A DNA stretch of 64,000 bases from Halioglobus sp. (lineage in GTDB: Bacteria; Pseudomonadota; Gammaproteobacteria; Pseudomonadales; Halieaceae), in NCBI GenBank assembly GCA_041396005.1, contig JAWKZK010000011.1:67779-131778 (forward strand), in the 5' to 3' direction. Below are positions 38,088 to 48,252 of this stretch, piece after piece. A program made the position numbers and the translations under genes. The number at the start of each line of letters is the position of its first letter. Position 1 is the stretch's first letter. The notes below the pieces were generated by a model, which worked only from the letters and a program-made list of their open reading frames with translations, made no database searches and had not been told where the DNA came from.

Positions 38088-40754
38088 TCAGGGCGCGGCG
38101 GCGGTGTGTGCGTGCCAGCCATCGCCCTCGGCGTCCAGCAGCACCGGGTTGGCGAACGCGAAAGGGATCGCGCCGGGCGCCACGGTGGCGTATGCCGGCG
38201 TCGGCTGTCCCAGCACCTCGACGAATACAAATCCGTCTTCGCTGATCGGCAGCGCCTCGGCCACGGTTTGGCCCGGCGCGATGGCCAGCGTCTTCCACAG
38301 CCCGCCATTGAGCCAGATACGCAGTGTGTCGACAGCCACCCAGGGTGCGGCATCTACCGAGACGGTGAGTGTTCCCGCCGTCCCGCTGTGAGTACCCCCG
38401 GGCCCGGTACCGTCCACGTCCACGCGCAGTATGGGGCCGGTGGTGCCGTAGAGGTTGCCGGCGGCCAGCGCGCGCATGACCCGTCCGACCTTTACGCTGT
38501 CGTCCGCGAGTGCGCCTGCGGCAGACGCATCAAAAAACCCCTCAGCGTCTTCGAGCGCCAGCATATTGCGCGGATACGCCACGAGGTGATGGCTCTTGTG
38601 CGAATCGCTGTTGGCGGTGGCTACCTTGTACACGCCCTGCCTCAGCAGTGCGAACCAGTCGCCGCGCACCTGCTGGTAGAGTTCCAGGTCGGTGCCGTTG
38701 AGCAGTTCGATCGCATCGAAATCGATATCGCGATAGGCGCTGCCCGGGTGCTGCTCCAGCAGCGATGCGTTGGGTGCCTCCTGGAGGTCTTTGGCCGGCT
38801 CGAATGCCGCGCCCTGTGACAGGTGGTCGAAGAACGCGCCATCGTCGTCCTGTGCCGTGGAGCGCGGATGATTCAGCTGAAACAGGCTGTTCCGGAAACG
38901 CGCCTTGTAGGCGCTGATCACTTCTCCCAGGCGCTTGCCTTCGAAGTGCAGGTTGCCGCGCATGAACTCGCCAGGCGCAGGCACCACCGGAAACACGTTG
39001 CTGTGCCCGATGGTGTAGGGCGTGCGCGGGCTGCGCGCCATGCCCGTGACCTCGACACCGGGGAAACTGAACAGCACCTGTTGCAGGCCCATGTCAGCAA
39101 TGGTCGGCGCGAGATCGTAGAGCACGTTGTGCTCCGTGGGTACCAGTACCTCGCAGCCCTGTGCCACGAAGTCTCTGACGCGTTGTTGCGCGGTGAGGCT
39201 GGAATCGAAACTGATGCCGCTGTGCACGTGAAAGTCGGCGCTGATAAGGCCCTCGCTTTCCACCGCGCGCCGGGGTGGCGCGATGGCGAGCACGCTGCGC
39301 GTGCCTGCCACCAGTTCCAGTGCCGCCTCGGTGACGTTGAACTCCGGCCCCCGGCTTGCGAGTACGCGATAACTGCCGGCGGGCAGTGCCAACTCCCGCG
39401 GGTCACCCGGCCCGCCCGACAGGCTCAGGCGATGACTTTCGGCGGCCACGAGGTGGCGCTCCCCGGCAACGCTGGCAGAAGTCAGTTCGTCGTTGAAGAC
39501 CGGCTGGCCGGCGTCGCTGGTGAACACCAGGCTCATGGCCTCTCCCCGGGGCAGTTCCACCACGGCGGGCGCGCCGGTGTCTATCACGCCGAGTTCGGTG
39601 AGTGGCGCTGCCAGTGCCACCGATTGTTGCGTGCTGCTCCAGGGCGTGCGTACGTCCAGGGTGATAGCGGTGATGCCCCGGGGCAGGCGCAGCGTGAAAT
39701 CGCCGCTGGCATCCGGGCGCGCAAAGTTGAGTTCCCGGCCCGCGGTATCGCGCGCGGTCACGCTGGCATCCAGGGTATCGAGGCGGCCCTGCACGCTGTG
39801 GCCGGTATACAGGGCGTTCAGCGTGGCGGCGGCGTCGGCGCTCGCGGCTGCCGTGATCGACTGGCGAAGGATCAGGCTTTCGCCCGTTTCCAGGTCAAAC
39901 AGCTGTCCAAGCGCGAGGCTTATCACGCCGGGCGCGCGGCTCCAGAAGCGCGGAAAGGGCCGTGTGAAGGCGGCGAAAAGGCTGAACGTGTCACCGGACA
40001 CCAGTAGCGTGTGCACGGGTTCTTCGTTGCCCTGCGCGTCACGCAGCAGGGCCTCGTGCAGGCGCAGGGTGTAGCTGATGTCTGCGCCGGTGTTGCGGCT
40101 GCCGATCAGCACCTGGGTATCGGCGGGGCTCACCGCGTTGAGCAGCGACAGGTAGTCGCTGGTGTCCACGGCCGGCTGGCTGAAGCCGGTGGTATAGGCA
40201 ACGTCCTGGCTGTCCACCGTGAAGGGCGTGAGCGAGCTGCCAGGGTGTAGCACCAGTGAGCCGAACATGCGCAGCGCGTCGCCGGCCTGCACACGCGTGA
40301 GGCGCGTTTCAACCTGCAGGGTGTCAGGCTGCGCAGCGTCCATGACATAGCGAACGACGGTTTGCACGCCGGCGTGCTCGCCGCGCGTTTCCAGCCAGGC
40401 CGTTGTGCTGCCCACGCCCGCGCTGATGCCGGTGGTGCGCGGAATCTGGTCTTTCTGCAGGTTGAGTTGCGCGTGGGCCACGTTCCACTGGTCGTTGGCG
40501 CGCTCACAGTGCCACAGGTCTACCAGCGCCGCGCCATGCAGCGCCAGGTAGGTGGGATGGCCGGCGTCCGAGACCACGGCGCACAGTTCGCCGTTGCTGA
40601 GGAACCAGTCATTGGCGCCGCCAATTGCGGCCATGCCGCCCGCAGGCAGGCGGTGCAGTGTTTCAGGCGTGAGTTGAGCGGCGAAAAATTCAGGCGCCTG
40701 CGCCTGCGCCTGGGGCGTCAGGAAGAGGGCAATAGTCAGCAACAGTTTCTTCAA
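38088..40754 (-). CDS. Exported CehA/McbA-like (PHP-fold) metallohydrolase
   Basis: Signal peptide; ADFHVHSG, PTEHN, QLNHPR, IELLNG, ANSDSH. Confidence 0.8.
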   Translation of the reverse strand: MKKLLLTIALFLTPQAQAQAPEFFAAQLTPETLHRLPAGGMAAIGGANDWFLSNGELCAVVSDAGHPTYLALHGAALVDLWHCERANDQWNVAHAQLNLQKDQIPRTTGISAGVGSTTAWLETRGEHAGVQTVVRYVMDAAQPDTLQVETRLTRVQAGDALRMFGSLVLHPGSSLTPFTVDSQDVAYTTGFSQPAVDTSDYLSLLNAVSPADTQVLIGSRNTGADISYTLRLHEALLRDAQGNEEPVHTLLVSGDTFSLFAAFTRPFPRFWSRAPGVISLALGQLFDLETGESLILRQSITAAASADAAATLNALYTGHSVQGRLDTLDASVTARDTAGRELNFARPDASGDFTLRLPRGITAITLDVRTPWSSTQQSVALAAPLTELGVIDTGAPAVVELPRGEAMSLVFTSDAGQPVFNDELTSASVAGERHLVAAESHRLSLSGGPGDPRELALPAGSYRVLASRGPEFNVTEAALELVAGTRSVLAIAPPRRAVESEGLISADFHVHSGISFDSSLTAQQRVRDFVAQGCEVLVPTEHNVLYDLAPTIADMGLQQVLFSFPGVEVTGMARSPRTPYTIGHSNVFPVVPAPGEFMRGNLHFEGKRLGEVISAYKARFRNSLFQLNHPRSTAQDDDGAFFDHLSQGAAFEPAKDLQEAPNASLLEQHPGSAYRDIDFDAIELLNGTDLELYQQVRGDWFALLRQGVYKVATANSDSHKSHHLVAYPRNMLALEDAEGFFDASAAGALADDSVKVGRVMRALAAGNLYGTTGPILRVDVDGTGPGGTHSGTAGTLTVSVDAAPWVAVDTLRIWLNGGLWKTLAIAPGQTVAEALPISEDGFVFVEVLGQPTPAYATVAPGAIPFAFANPVLLDAEGDGWHAHTAAAP

Positions 40755-40899
40755 TTTTACGGCGCCTCGTCGTGTGAAAATCAGTGGCGGTTATCTGGAT
40801 GCGGGCACAGGCCGGCATGCGTAGCAACCGGGACTGGACCATGCCGGGCCCCTGCACGCTTCGGTATTCGAGCGGCTCGCGTGCATGCAGCGCGCGGCG

Positions 40900-42003
40900 T
40901 CACTCGATCTGCCAGCGGGCGTCGAGAAACGCGAGAATATCGGTATAGCCGCGTTTGCGGGCGTTTTCGTCGCGCCCCACATAGTAGCCATAACCCACAC
41001 AGTCGCGAAAACGCTTGCCGCTGGAGAAGCGCGCGGCCATTTTGCGCGCGTGCGAGGCGTCCAGAGCATAGTCGGTCAGCGGCTCGCCGTTGAGGAATGC
41101 CTTGCCGCGCGCGTCGTAGCGTACCTCGCAACCGGCGAGGTAGGGCGACTCTTCGGAGAAGAACCGCGCCTGGCTGTTCTCCCAGGCGTGGCCGACACCC
41201 TCGTACACGTGGGCGGTGACCGCAGCGCCAAGGTCGCGCAGTGCCTGCTCGCGGCGCGCGCAGGCGGCGAGATCATTGGAGGCATCGTCGGTGCCGCGCA
41301 GGGTCAGGAGCGGAGCGCCGGTGGTTTGCGTGGATTGCAGGTTTTGAAAGCAGGGGCCGTAATTGTCGATGTGCAGGTCGAACGGCGGAGACTGGCCCGC
41401 AAGCGCGCGCTGGATGCGAGAATCCATGGCCAGGCGCGCCGCCATGCCGCCGTAGGAGAAACCGATAATGCCGATACGCTGCGCGTCGATCTTCGCGCTG
41501 GTGCCGAGCAGACGCAACGCCGCGTAGGCGTCGGCGATCAGGTCGAACTCGGTCACGGAGGCCGTGCGCACCAGGTAATTGGCATCCTCATCGAAACCGC
41601 GCGGCGCATAATACTCCACGACGAAGGCGGCGATTCCGTGCTCGTTGAACAGCCGGGCGTAGTCGTGTTCGCGCCCTTCGGCAATGCCGCCGCTGCCGGG
41701 CACGATCACCATCGCCGGTACCGGCGAGGTGGCGCTCGCACCTTCCGGGTACGACAGGTAGCCCATACCGGTGGTGGGTCGCGCCAGCTCCATGGCGTTG
41801 AGAATCACTTCCAGGTCATAGGGGCTGCTGGTTGGGTAGTAGATCACCCCGCTGTCGTCCGGAGCGAGGGTCGCCTGCGGCGCCGGCCAGTCCGGGTAGT
41901 CGGGCAGTGTCCTGGCGATCAGCCACGCCTGCACCGGTTGCAGTAACAGTACGGCGGCGGCGATGGCGATCAGTACGCCGAGTGTCAGCAGGAGTCTTTT
42001 CAT
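40900..42003 (-). CDS. Dienelactone hydrolase family protein, exported or membrane-anchored
   Basis: GFSYGG, GTDDASN, YEGVGHAW. Start moved to MKRLLL. Confidence 0.85.
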   Translation of the reverse strand: MKRLLLTLGVLIAIAAAVLLLQPVQAWLIARTLPDYPDWPAPQATLAPDDSGVIYYPTSSPYDLEVILNAMELARPTTGMGYLSYPEGASATSPVPAMVIVPGSGGIAEGREHDYARLFNEHGIAAFVVEYYAPRGFDEDANYLVRTASVTEFDLIADAYAALRLLGTSAKIDAQRIGIIGFSYGGMAARLAMDSRIQRALAGQSPPFDLHIDNYGPCFQNLQSTQTTGAPLLTLRGTDDASNDLAACARREQALRDLGAAVTAHVYEGVGHAWENSQARFFSEESPYLAGCEVRYDARGKAFLNGEPLTDYALDASHARKMAARFSSGKRFRDCVGYGYYVGRDENARKRGYTDILAFLDARWQIE

Positions 42004-42052
42004 CGGTGCGGGCTCCAGTGTGTGTGGGCGATGATCGCCATGGATCGGCGCA

Positions 42053-43627
42053 CTAGCGCGGCGCGAAAATATCCGAGCTGGCGGCATGGGCCTTGATCAG
42101 CTCGGCGTCTGCGGGCAAGAGGAACCCCTTGCTCACCGCATCGTCGGCGGCCGTGGCAACTGCGGCGACATACGCTGCGTTGTCGGGATACAGCGAGGCC
42201 AGGGTCGCCGCATCGAACAGCTCGGTGGTGCCGGAGAGGAAACAGAAATTGCGGTCTTCCGGGTTGAAAGGATCCTGCGGTTGACCCTCCCCCGAGAGGA
42301 TGGCGATCGGCACATCCACGTAGGGCGTGCGCACGCCGCCCAGTACGTTGCCCAGGTTGTCCAGTTCGAAACGCGGCGGTTCACCGGATACCGCGAGCCG
42401 CTCGGCGGTGGGCGCCGGCGTGCCGTCAACGATCCAGCGGTTGAGCGCCGACATGGCGGCTTTTGCCACCCAGTGCTGCGGGCCGGCGTTCACCGGCACG
42501 GGACATTCGATGATGCCCGGTATCGGGTTGGCGTTCTCTACCACGGCGGCAACGCGCGGGTTGGTGCCCACGTCCACGCGGTTATCGAGAAAGGTATAGA
42601 GGTCCGCATGGGCGGTGCCCGCCACTTCCCACAGGCGAAACAGCTCGCTATCGGGCTGGTTGCTCGGCCAGGAGCCGAGAATGAACAGATCCGTCTCGGT
42701 TTGCAGCATCAGCACCGGCACGCCGAGATCGTCGCGTACGCGCACGATATCGGGGGTGGCAACCACCACGTCCTCGAAAAAGCCGCCCTGCAGCGGCGCG
42801 CTGCCTGACAGTCGACTGTGGACAAAGTAGCCGTCGAACAGCGCGTGCAGCGGGGCGAACGCGTTGACGTAGGTCATCATGCGGTCTGCCGATTGCGATT
42901 CGCCCGCGGCGATCAGGCGCTCGGGCTGCAGCGCGCCCAGCGGCTGCGGGCCACCGGCCATCGGTGCGCGCAGGGCCTGCGCAATCTGTGAATAGATATC
43001 ATAGGAGAATGCGTCGCCCGGGTGCGAGAGGCCGGCAGTGGCATAGCGCGTGGCGTCTGCGCCGGGCACAAGCGCGGCGGCGCTGCCGTCATTCAGGGCT
43101 TGTACCCCCTCGCGCTGCGCCGATACCCCCACCCAGGCATAGCCGCTGCGAATCAGCTCCGTGTGCAACATGCCCCAGTCGGGTCCGGAATCGAACCCCG
43201 CGCTTACGTTCAGCCATTCCACTACCACACTGCCGTTAAAGTCCGCCGGGTCAGTTGGGCGGATCACCACGATCCGGGTTCTATAATCGGCCGCGTGGCT
43301 GGCCTGCACCTGCCAGCGTCCGTCGGGTTTGAGCTCGTTGCGGTTGGTGTACGCGTTTGCCGTGCCGGCGACGAAGAACTCGTCGCGCTGGTAGCCGAGA
43401 CTGGCCAGCGGAAAGAAGGTGCTCACCAGAACAGGCTCTCCCGGAACGGGCCCTTCCAGCGCTGCGGCGGGCACCTGTACGGCCGCCGGGTTGCCGGCCC
43501 CGGGCACGCCGAGCGTCGGGCGCAGCGCATCGCTGCCGTCGCTGCAGCCTGGCAATGCCATGCCCGCAGTGACGGCGAGACCCAGGAGAAAACGGCGGGT
43601 GCCTGGCCAGCGAGAGAATGCGTTCAT
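42053..43627 (-). CDS. Alpha/beta hydrolase domain lipoprotein (Abhydrolase_10-like)
   Basis: LPGC followed by SDGSD; VVVEWLNVSAG, GESQSA, WEVAGTAHAD, GNVLGGVRTP. Confidence 0.85.
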   Translation of the reverse strand: MNAFSRWPGTRRFLLGLAVTAGMALPGCSDGSDALRPTLGVPGAGNPAAVQVPAAALEGPVPGEPVLVSTFFPLASLGYQRDEFFVAGTANAYTNRNELKPDGRWQVQASHAADYRTRIVVIRPTDPADFNGSVVVEWLNVSAGFDSGPDWGMLHTELIRSGYAWVGVSAQREGVQALNDGSAAALVPGADATRYATAGLSHPGDAFSYDIYSQIAQALRAPMAGGPQPLGALQPERLIAAGESQSADRMMTYVNAFAPLHALFDGYFVHSRLSGSAPLQGGFFEDVVVATPDIVRVRDDLGVPVLMLQTETDLFILGSWPSNQPDSELFRLWEVAGTAHADLYTFLDNRVDVGTNPRVAAVVENANPIPGIIECPVPVNAGPQHWVAKAAMSALNRWIVDGTPAPTAERLAVSGEPPRFELDNLGNVLGGVRTPYVDVPIAILSGEGQPQDPFNPEDRNFCFLSGTTELFDAATLASLYPDNAAYVAAVATAADDAVSKGFLLPADAELIKAHAASSDIFAPR

Positions 43628-43641
43628 AGCATGGATTCCTG

Positions 43642-43677
43642 TTGTGATGGTGTCGGTTCTTGTGATGGTGTCGGTTC
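43642..43677. repeat. Perfect 18-bp tandem duplication in a gene leader
   Basis: TTGTGATGGTGTCGGTTC twice, 15 bp upstream of the 43627 start. Confidence 0.9.
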
Positions 43678-43810
43678 CCGCGCAGCATAGCGTGCCGCGC
43701 GCCCGTTGGCATGGTGTCTCTGTGTTGTACCATGGATTGGAGGCAGGTCCATCTCGCTGGCGTGAGGGGTAGCGGTCTACATCTTCGTCTGTTCGCCAGG
43801 CGTGTCTTTG

Positions 43811-44260
43811 CTACAGGCCTTCGGCATTCTCCGGCAGGTAGGCCTTGAACACATCGCCCAGATTCGCATTGTCGTGATTCGGTACACGGTAGTAGGTACG
43901 AATCTCTACCGAGCTGTCGTCACCGAAGCGGTAGGTTTCGAGGCTGAACTGAAGCTGTGGCCCGTCCGGCCCCTCGAAGTGGTTCTCCAGGCACCAGGCC
44001 ACTTCGTTGCCGCAGACGAACAGCGTGCCGGGCTGGATACGAAACCGCACGCGAGGCTGGAACAGGTCCCAGGACTCTTCGCAGCACTCCTTGAAGCCGA
44101 ATTTTTCCGGCGTGCCGACCGGGTCGAGCATCCGAAACTCGCCGCGGGCGACGCTGCGCCAGTTGTCGATCCAGGCCTGCTTGTCGCCAGCGTTCCAGAG
44201 TTCAGGGTAACGTTGCGCCCAGTTGAGCAGCGCGTGCTTGTGCGGATAAGCCATGGCCAT
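43811..44260 (-). CDS. SnoaL/NTF2-like protein
   Basis: WNAGDKQAW...DPVGTP; GGAG RBS. Confidence 0.75.
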   Translation of the reverse strand: MAMAYPHKHALLNWAQRYPELWNAGDKQAWIDNWRSVARGEFRMLDPVGTPEKFGFKECCEESWDLFQPRVRFRIQPGTLFVCGNEVAWCLENHFEGPDGPQLQFSLETYRFGDDSSVEIRTYYRVPNHDNANLGDVFKAYLPENAEGL

Positions 44261-44268
44261 ATCTCCTG

Positions 44269-46527
44269 TCAAAAATCGTAGCGCAGCTCGATGCCCAGGG
44301 TACGGTTGGCGTACTTGGGCACCGAGTGAATGTAGCCGTGCGGGATAAGCTCCGAAGCCTGCGCGAAGATGAGCGTGGCGTAGTTCTTGTCCAGCACGTT
44401 TTTCACGAACGCCGTGACCTGGTAGCCGCTGTCGGTACCGGCGATACCGGCGCGCACATCGAGTATGGCGTAGGCGTCCTGGCGGGTGTACTGATCCTGC
44501 GATATTTCAAACAGCGTATCGTCCTGCGCGCGCAGGTCCGCGCCCAGGCGCAGCTCCGCCGGCATCGACGTGAGTGCGTGGCGATAGTCGGTGCTGAGAT
44601 TGAGTTTCCATTCGGGTGTGTAGGGTAATTGCCCGCCCGCGAGATCCTGGAATCCCAGCGGGCATTCGCCGCGGAACTTCTGTCCGGCGCTACAGTTGCC
44701 TGCGGGATAATCGTCGATACTGCCGTCGGTATAGCTGAGGCCGCCGGTGATCGTCCAGTTGTCCAGTGGCCGGGTGATGAACTCGATCTCCACGCCCTGT
44801 GTTGATACCTCGCCAGCGTTCACCAGCAGGAAGGATTCCGGCAGCAAATCGTTCGGGTCTTCATCCACCAGCGCCTGTGCCTGAAAATCCGTGTACTCGG
44901 CATAGAACGCGCTGACGTTCAGAATCAAGCGGTTGTCCAGCCAGGTGGACTTGTAGCCCAGCTCGAAAGCGTCACTGGTTTCTGCGGCGATCACGCGGCC
45001 GCCGGCCACCACCGAGGTATCGAACGCGGGGCCCTTGTAGCCGCTGACGTAACTGATGTACGTCATGGCCGCCTCGCTGACATTCCATTGCAACGCGATC
45101 TTGGGGGAGATGTCGCTTTCGCTGAGGGTGTTGTTTACCTGGCCCTCCGGGCCGAACACGATGTTGTCGGTGCCCACCGCGCTGGTGCGGTACTTGAGCT
45201 TGTCCTCGGTATAGCGTGCGCCGAGGGTGAGCTGCCAGTCTTCATTCAGGTTGTAGTTCAACTCTCCGAAGATAGCGAAGTTGGTACTCGACACGCGGGT
45301 GTCGGTTATTCGCGTGGTGGGCGGCAGCAGCGGTGCCAACAGCGCCGTGGTGGTGATGTTGCCGGAATCGGAATCCTGGTCGAAGTAAAACAGGCCGGCC
45401 ACGTAGGAACCCCAGGCGGCGGGCGCCGAGGCAATACGCAATTCTTGAGACAGCTGTTGCACCTCGTTGTGTGGCGGTACGTTGAAGGTGAGCGCGAGCG
45501 GATTGCTTGGGCGATTGTCGAGATCGACGATGCCTTCGTAGTCCCAGTCGCGCCAGGCGGAGATGGAGGTGAGCACGTGCTCGGCAACCGACCAGTCCAC
45601 CGTGAGTGAATGGCCGCTGGCGCGGGTCTTGTTGAAAGTGGGCTGATCGTTGTTCACGTCCTGGTTGCCTTTGGAGGGCACCACCGGCAGCTGCTCGGCA
45701 AGCAGAGCGGCCTGCTGGGCAGATTCGCGGATATCGCGCACTGACAGCGTGTTGCAGTCGCACTCGCCGTCGCTGACATCGCTGCTCCACTCAAGCTCCA
45801 GGTCCTCGCTCGCTGCCCACAGCAGTTTGCCGCGAAGGTTGTAATTCTCCGCGCTGTTTACTTTCTTGCCATTGAATCGGTTCTCGGCATAACCGCCGTC
45901 GTCGAGCACTGAACCGGTAATGCGATAGCCGAGACTGTCGGTGATCGGCCCGGAGAAGGTCGCGTCCAGGCGGTATTCGTCGTCTTCTATCGCCGTGCCC
46001 GAAACCGTGCCGCTGAACTCCGCTGTCGGATCGCGGGTGATGATGTGGATCACGCCACCCGAAGCGTTCTTGCCGTACAGCGTGCCCTGCGGGCCGCGCA
46101 GCACTTCCACACGTTCGATGTCGACCAGCTCCAGAAAGGCCATGCCGGAATTGCTCATGACCACGCCGTCTAGCATGGTGGATACGCTCGGCTCCACGGC
46201 GGTGCTGAAGGCCTGTGTGCCGATGCCGCGAATATTGAAACTGGAGGTGGAAGGCCCGGAACTCGCCTGCACATTCAGCGTGGGTATCAGCGTGGACAGA
46301 TCGGCGGCGTTACGCAACTGGGCTTCAGCCAACGCCTTGCCGGTGAGCAGCGATACGCCCACGGCGACATCCTGCAGGTTTTGCTCGCGCTTGCGCGCGG
46401 TCACCACCAGTTCTTCCAGCAGAGCCGTCTGGCTGGCCCGTTGGGTTTGCGCGATGGCCGCTAATGGCAGCGTGGCGTGTGCAAGCAGGGCGGCCGCCAG
46501 CGGCAGCGTGCAGTAGCGTAGTGTCAC
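44269..46527 (-). CDS. TonB-dependent receptor
   Basis: LEELVVTARKREQ TonB box; VLRGPQGTLYGKNASGG plug motif; C-terminal LRYDF. GTG start after GAGGAG. Confidence 0.95.
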   Translation of the reverse strand: MTLRYCTLPLAAALLAHATLPLAAIAQTQRASQTALLEELVVTARKREQNLQDVAVGVSLLTGKALAEAQLRNAADLSTLIPTLNVQASSGPSTSSFNIRGIGTQAFSTAVEPSVSTMLDGVVMSNSGMAFLELVDIERVEVLRGPQGTLYGKNASGGVIHIITRDPTAEFSGTVSGTAIEDDEYRLDATFSGPITDSLGYRITGSVLDDGGYAENRFNGKKVNSAENYNLRGKLLWAASEDLELEWSSDVSDGECDCNTLSVRDIRESAQQAALLAEQLPVVPSKGNQDVNNDQPTFNKTRASGHSLTVDWSVAEHVLTSISAWRDWDYEGIVDLDNRPSNPLALTFNVPPHNEVQQLSQELRIASAPAAWGSYVAGLFYFDQDSDSGNITTTALLAPLLPPTTRITDTRVSSTNFAIFGELNYNLNEDWQLTLGARYTEDKLKYRTSAVGTDNIVFGPEGQVNNTLSESDISPKIALQWNVSEAAMTYISYVSGYKGPAFDTSVVAGGRVIAAETSDAFELGYKSTWLDNRLILNVSAFYAEYTDFQAQALVDEDPNDLLPESFLLVNAGEVSTQGVEIEFITRPLDNWTITGGLSYTDGSIDDYPAGNCSAGQKFRGECPLGFQDLAGGQLPYTPEWKLNLSTDYRHALTSMPAELRLGADLRAQDDTLFEISQDQYTRQDAYAILDVRAGIAGTDSGYQVTAFVKNVLDKNYATLIFAQASELIPHGYIHSVPKYANRTLGIELRYDF

Positions 46528-46699
46528 GGGAACTCCTCGGCGCTGTTTGTTGTTATGCTGCGCGTGGCCTAAGCATAGGCCAAAGCGGGCTACTCCACCA
46601 ACAGCAAAAAGTGCTTTAATACTCCGCTGCGATACCAGGCCACACACACCAATAATCAGGCACTCATGGCGTTGCGCCGCAACCCTCCGGAGGTATCCC

Positions 46700-48202
46700 A
46701 TGCGAACATTCAAGGCGTTTTCAGCGCTTGCTCTTGGCGCGGTTTGTATCCTTTCGTTGGCGGTGGGCTGCAGCGATGGCAAACCCTCCCCTCAGGTGCT
46801 GGAACGCTCGCGCACAACGCCCGACTGGTACGACGATGCCAAGCTCGGGATTTTTATTCACTGGGGGCCTGCCTCGGTGCCGGCTTTCGCGGAAGGCGAG
46901 CCGTTGCGCCCCGGCGAGTTGGAGGAAATGCTCCTGCACGATTCCGGGCGCCAGCAGTTGCCCTATGCCGACTGGTACCTGTACAGCCTGCGGCTGCCGG
47001 GCAGCGCCACTGCGCTGCACCATGCGCAGGAATATGGCGATGCGCCCTACGAGGCCTTTGGTCCCGAGTTTGAGCAGCGCGTCAACGCCGCCTGGGATCC
47101 GGCGGCCTGGGCGGAGCTGTTTGCCGCGACGGGCGCGAAGTATGTGGTGCTGGTATCCAAGCACCACGACGGCTACACCCTTTGGCCCAGCGATGTACCC
47201 AACCCGAATCACGCGGACTGGGGCGCCCGCCGCGACCTGGTGGGCGATCTCGCCGCCGCGGTGCGCGAGCGCGGCATGCGCTTTGGTGTGTACTACTCCA
47301 CCGGGCTGGACTGGAGTTTCGAGCTGGTGACGGAGGGCGACCTGGTGCGCGATATGATACGCAGCGCGCCCACCGGTGAAGGCTACGCCAACTATACCCA
47401 TGCGCACCTGCGCGAACTCATAGACCGCTATCTCCCGGATGTGCTCTGGGCGGATATTGCCTACCCTACCAAAGGTCGCCTGGACGATCTGCTGGCGTAC
47501 TACTTCGACGCGGTGCCAGACGGCACGGTGAATGATCGCTGGGGTGCGCTGGACACGTTCTCCGGTGTTGCCGACATACCGGGCAGCGGGACTGTGATGA
47601 AGGCGCTCGCGCGCTGGCTCACCGCCAACGTGGACCCGCTGGCGGATGACCCTGCGCGCATTGGCTTCAAAACCGCCGAGTACGACAGCCTGCCCGGCAT
47701 TGCGCCCTTCAAGTGGGAGGCGACTCGCGGCCTGGGGGGGTCTTTCGCCTTCAACCAGCGTGAAACGGCCGACGACATGCTGAGCGCGGATGAGCTGGTG
47801 CGCTTCGTCGTGGACACGGTGGCGAAAAACGGGAACGTGCTGATCAACGTGGGCCCCGACAGCCACGGACGCATTCCGGCGATTCAGCGGGCGCCGCTGC
47901 GCGGCCTCGGTGCTTGGATCAGGGTAAACGGCGAGGCCCTTTACGGCACGCGCCCGTGGCAGCGCTTCGGTAACCTGCGGGGCCGTGAACTGCGCTACAC
48001 CCGCTCGCCAACCGCGCTGTATGCGATTGTGTCGGGCGCCGTGGGCAGTGCATTCACAATCGAACACCCGGGTGTGGAATGGTCGGAGGTGTCGGTGCTG
48101 GGCGCCGAGTTGAGCGGGGTTGAGCAGGAGGGCGGCATGCTTACCCTGTCGCTGGCCGCGCCGATGACCGGCCCGGCAGCGGTGGTGCGCTTTGTGCTTT
48201 AG
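46700..48202 (+). CDS. Glycoside hydrolase family 29 (alpha-L-fucosidase) lipoprotein
   Basis: AVGC followed by SDG; WYDDAKLGIFIHWG, KHHDGYTLWPS, WAD, VAKNGNVLINVGP. Confidence 0.92.
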   Translation: MRTFKAFSALALGAVCILSLAVGCSDGKPSPQVLERSRTTPDWYDDAKLGIFIHWGPASVPAFAEGEPLRPGELEEMLLHDSGRQQLPYADWYLYSLRLPGSATALHHAQEYGDAPYEAFGPEFEQRVNAAWDPAAWAELFAATGAKYVVLVSKHHDGYTLWPSDVPNPNHADWGARRDLVGDLAAAVRERGMRFGVYYSTGLDWSFELVTEGDLVRDMIRSAPTGEGYANYTHAHLRELIDRYLPDVLWADIAYPTKGRLDDLLAYYFDAVPDGTVNDRWGALDTFSGVADIPGSGTVMKALARWLTANVDPLADDPARIGFKTAEYDSLPGIAPFKWEATRGLGGSFAFNQRETADDMLSADELVRFVVDTVAKNGNVLINVGPDSHGRIPAIQRAPLRGLGAWIRVNGEALYGTRPWQRFGNLRGRELRYTRSPTALYAIVSGAVGSAFTIEHPGVEWSEVSVLGAELSGVEQEGGMLTLSLAAPMTGPAAVVRFVL

Positions 48203-48252
48203 CGGGCGTACTGGCCGCGCGGTGCAACACCGCGCCGCCTGACCCGCACCGG

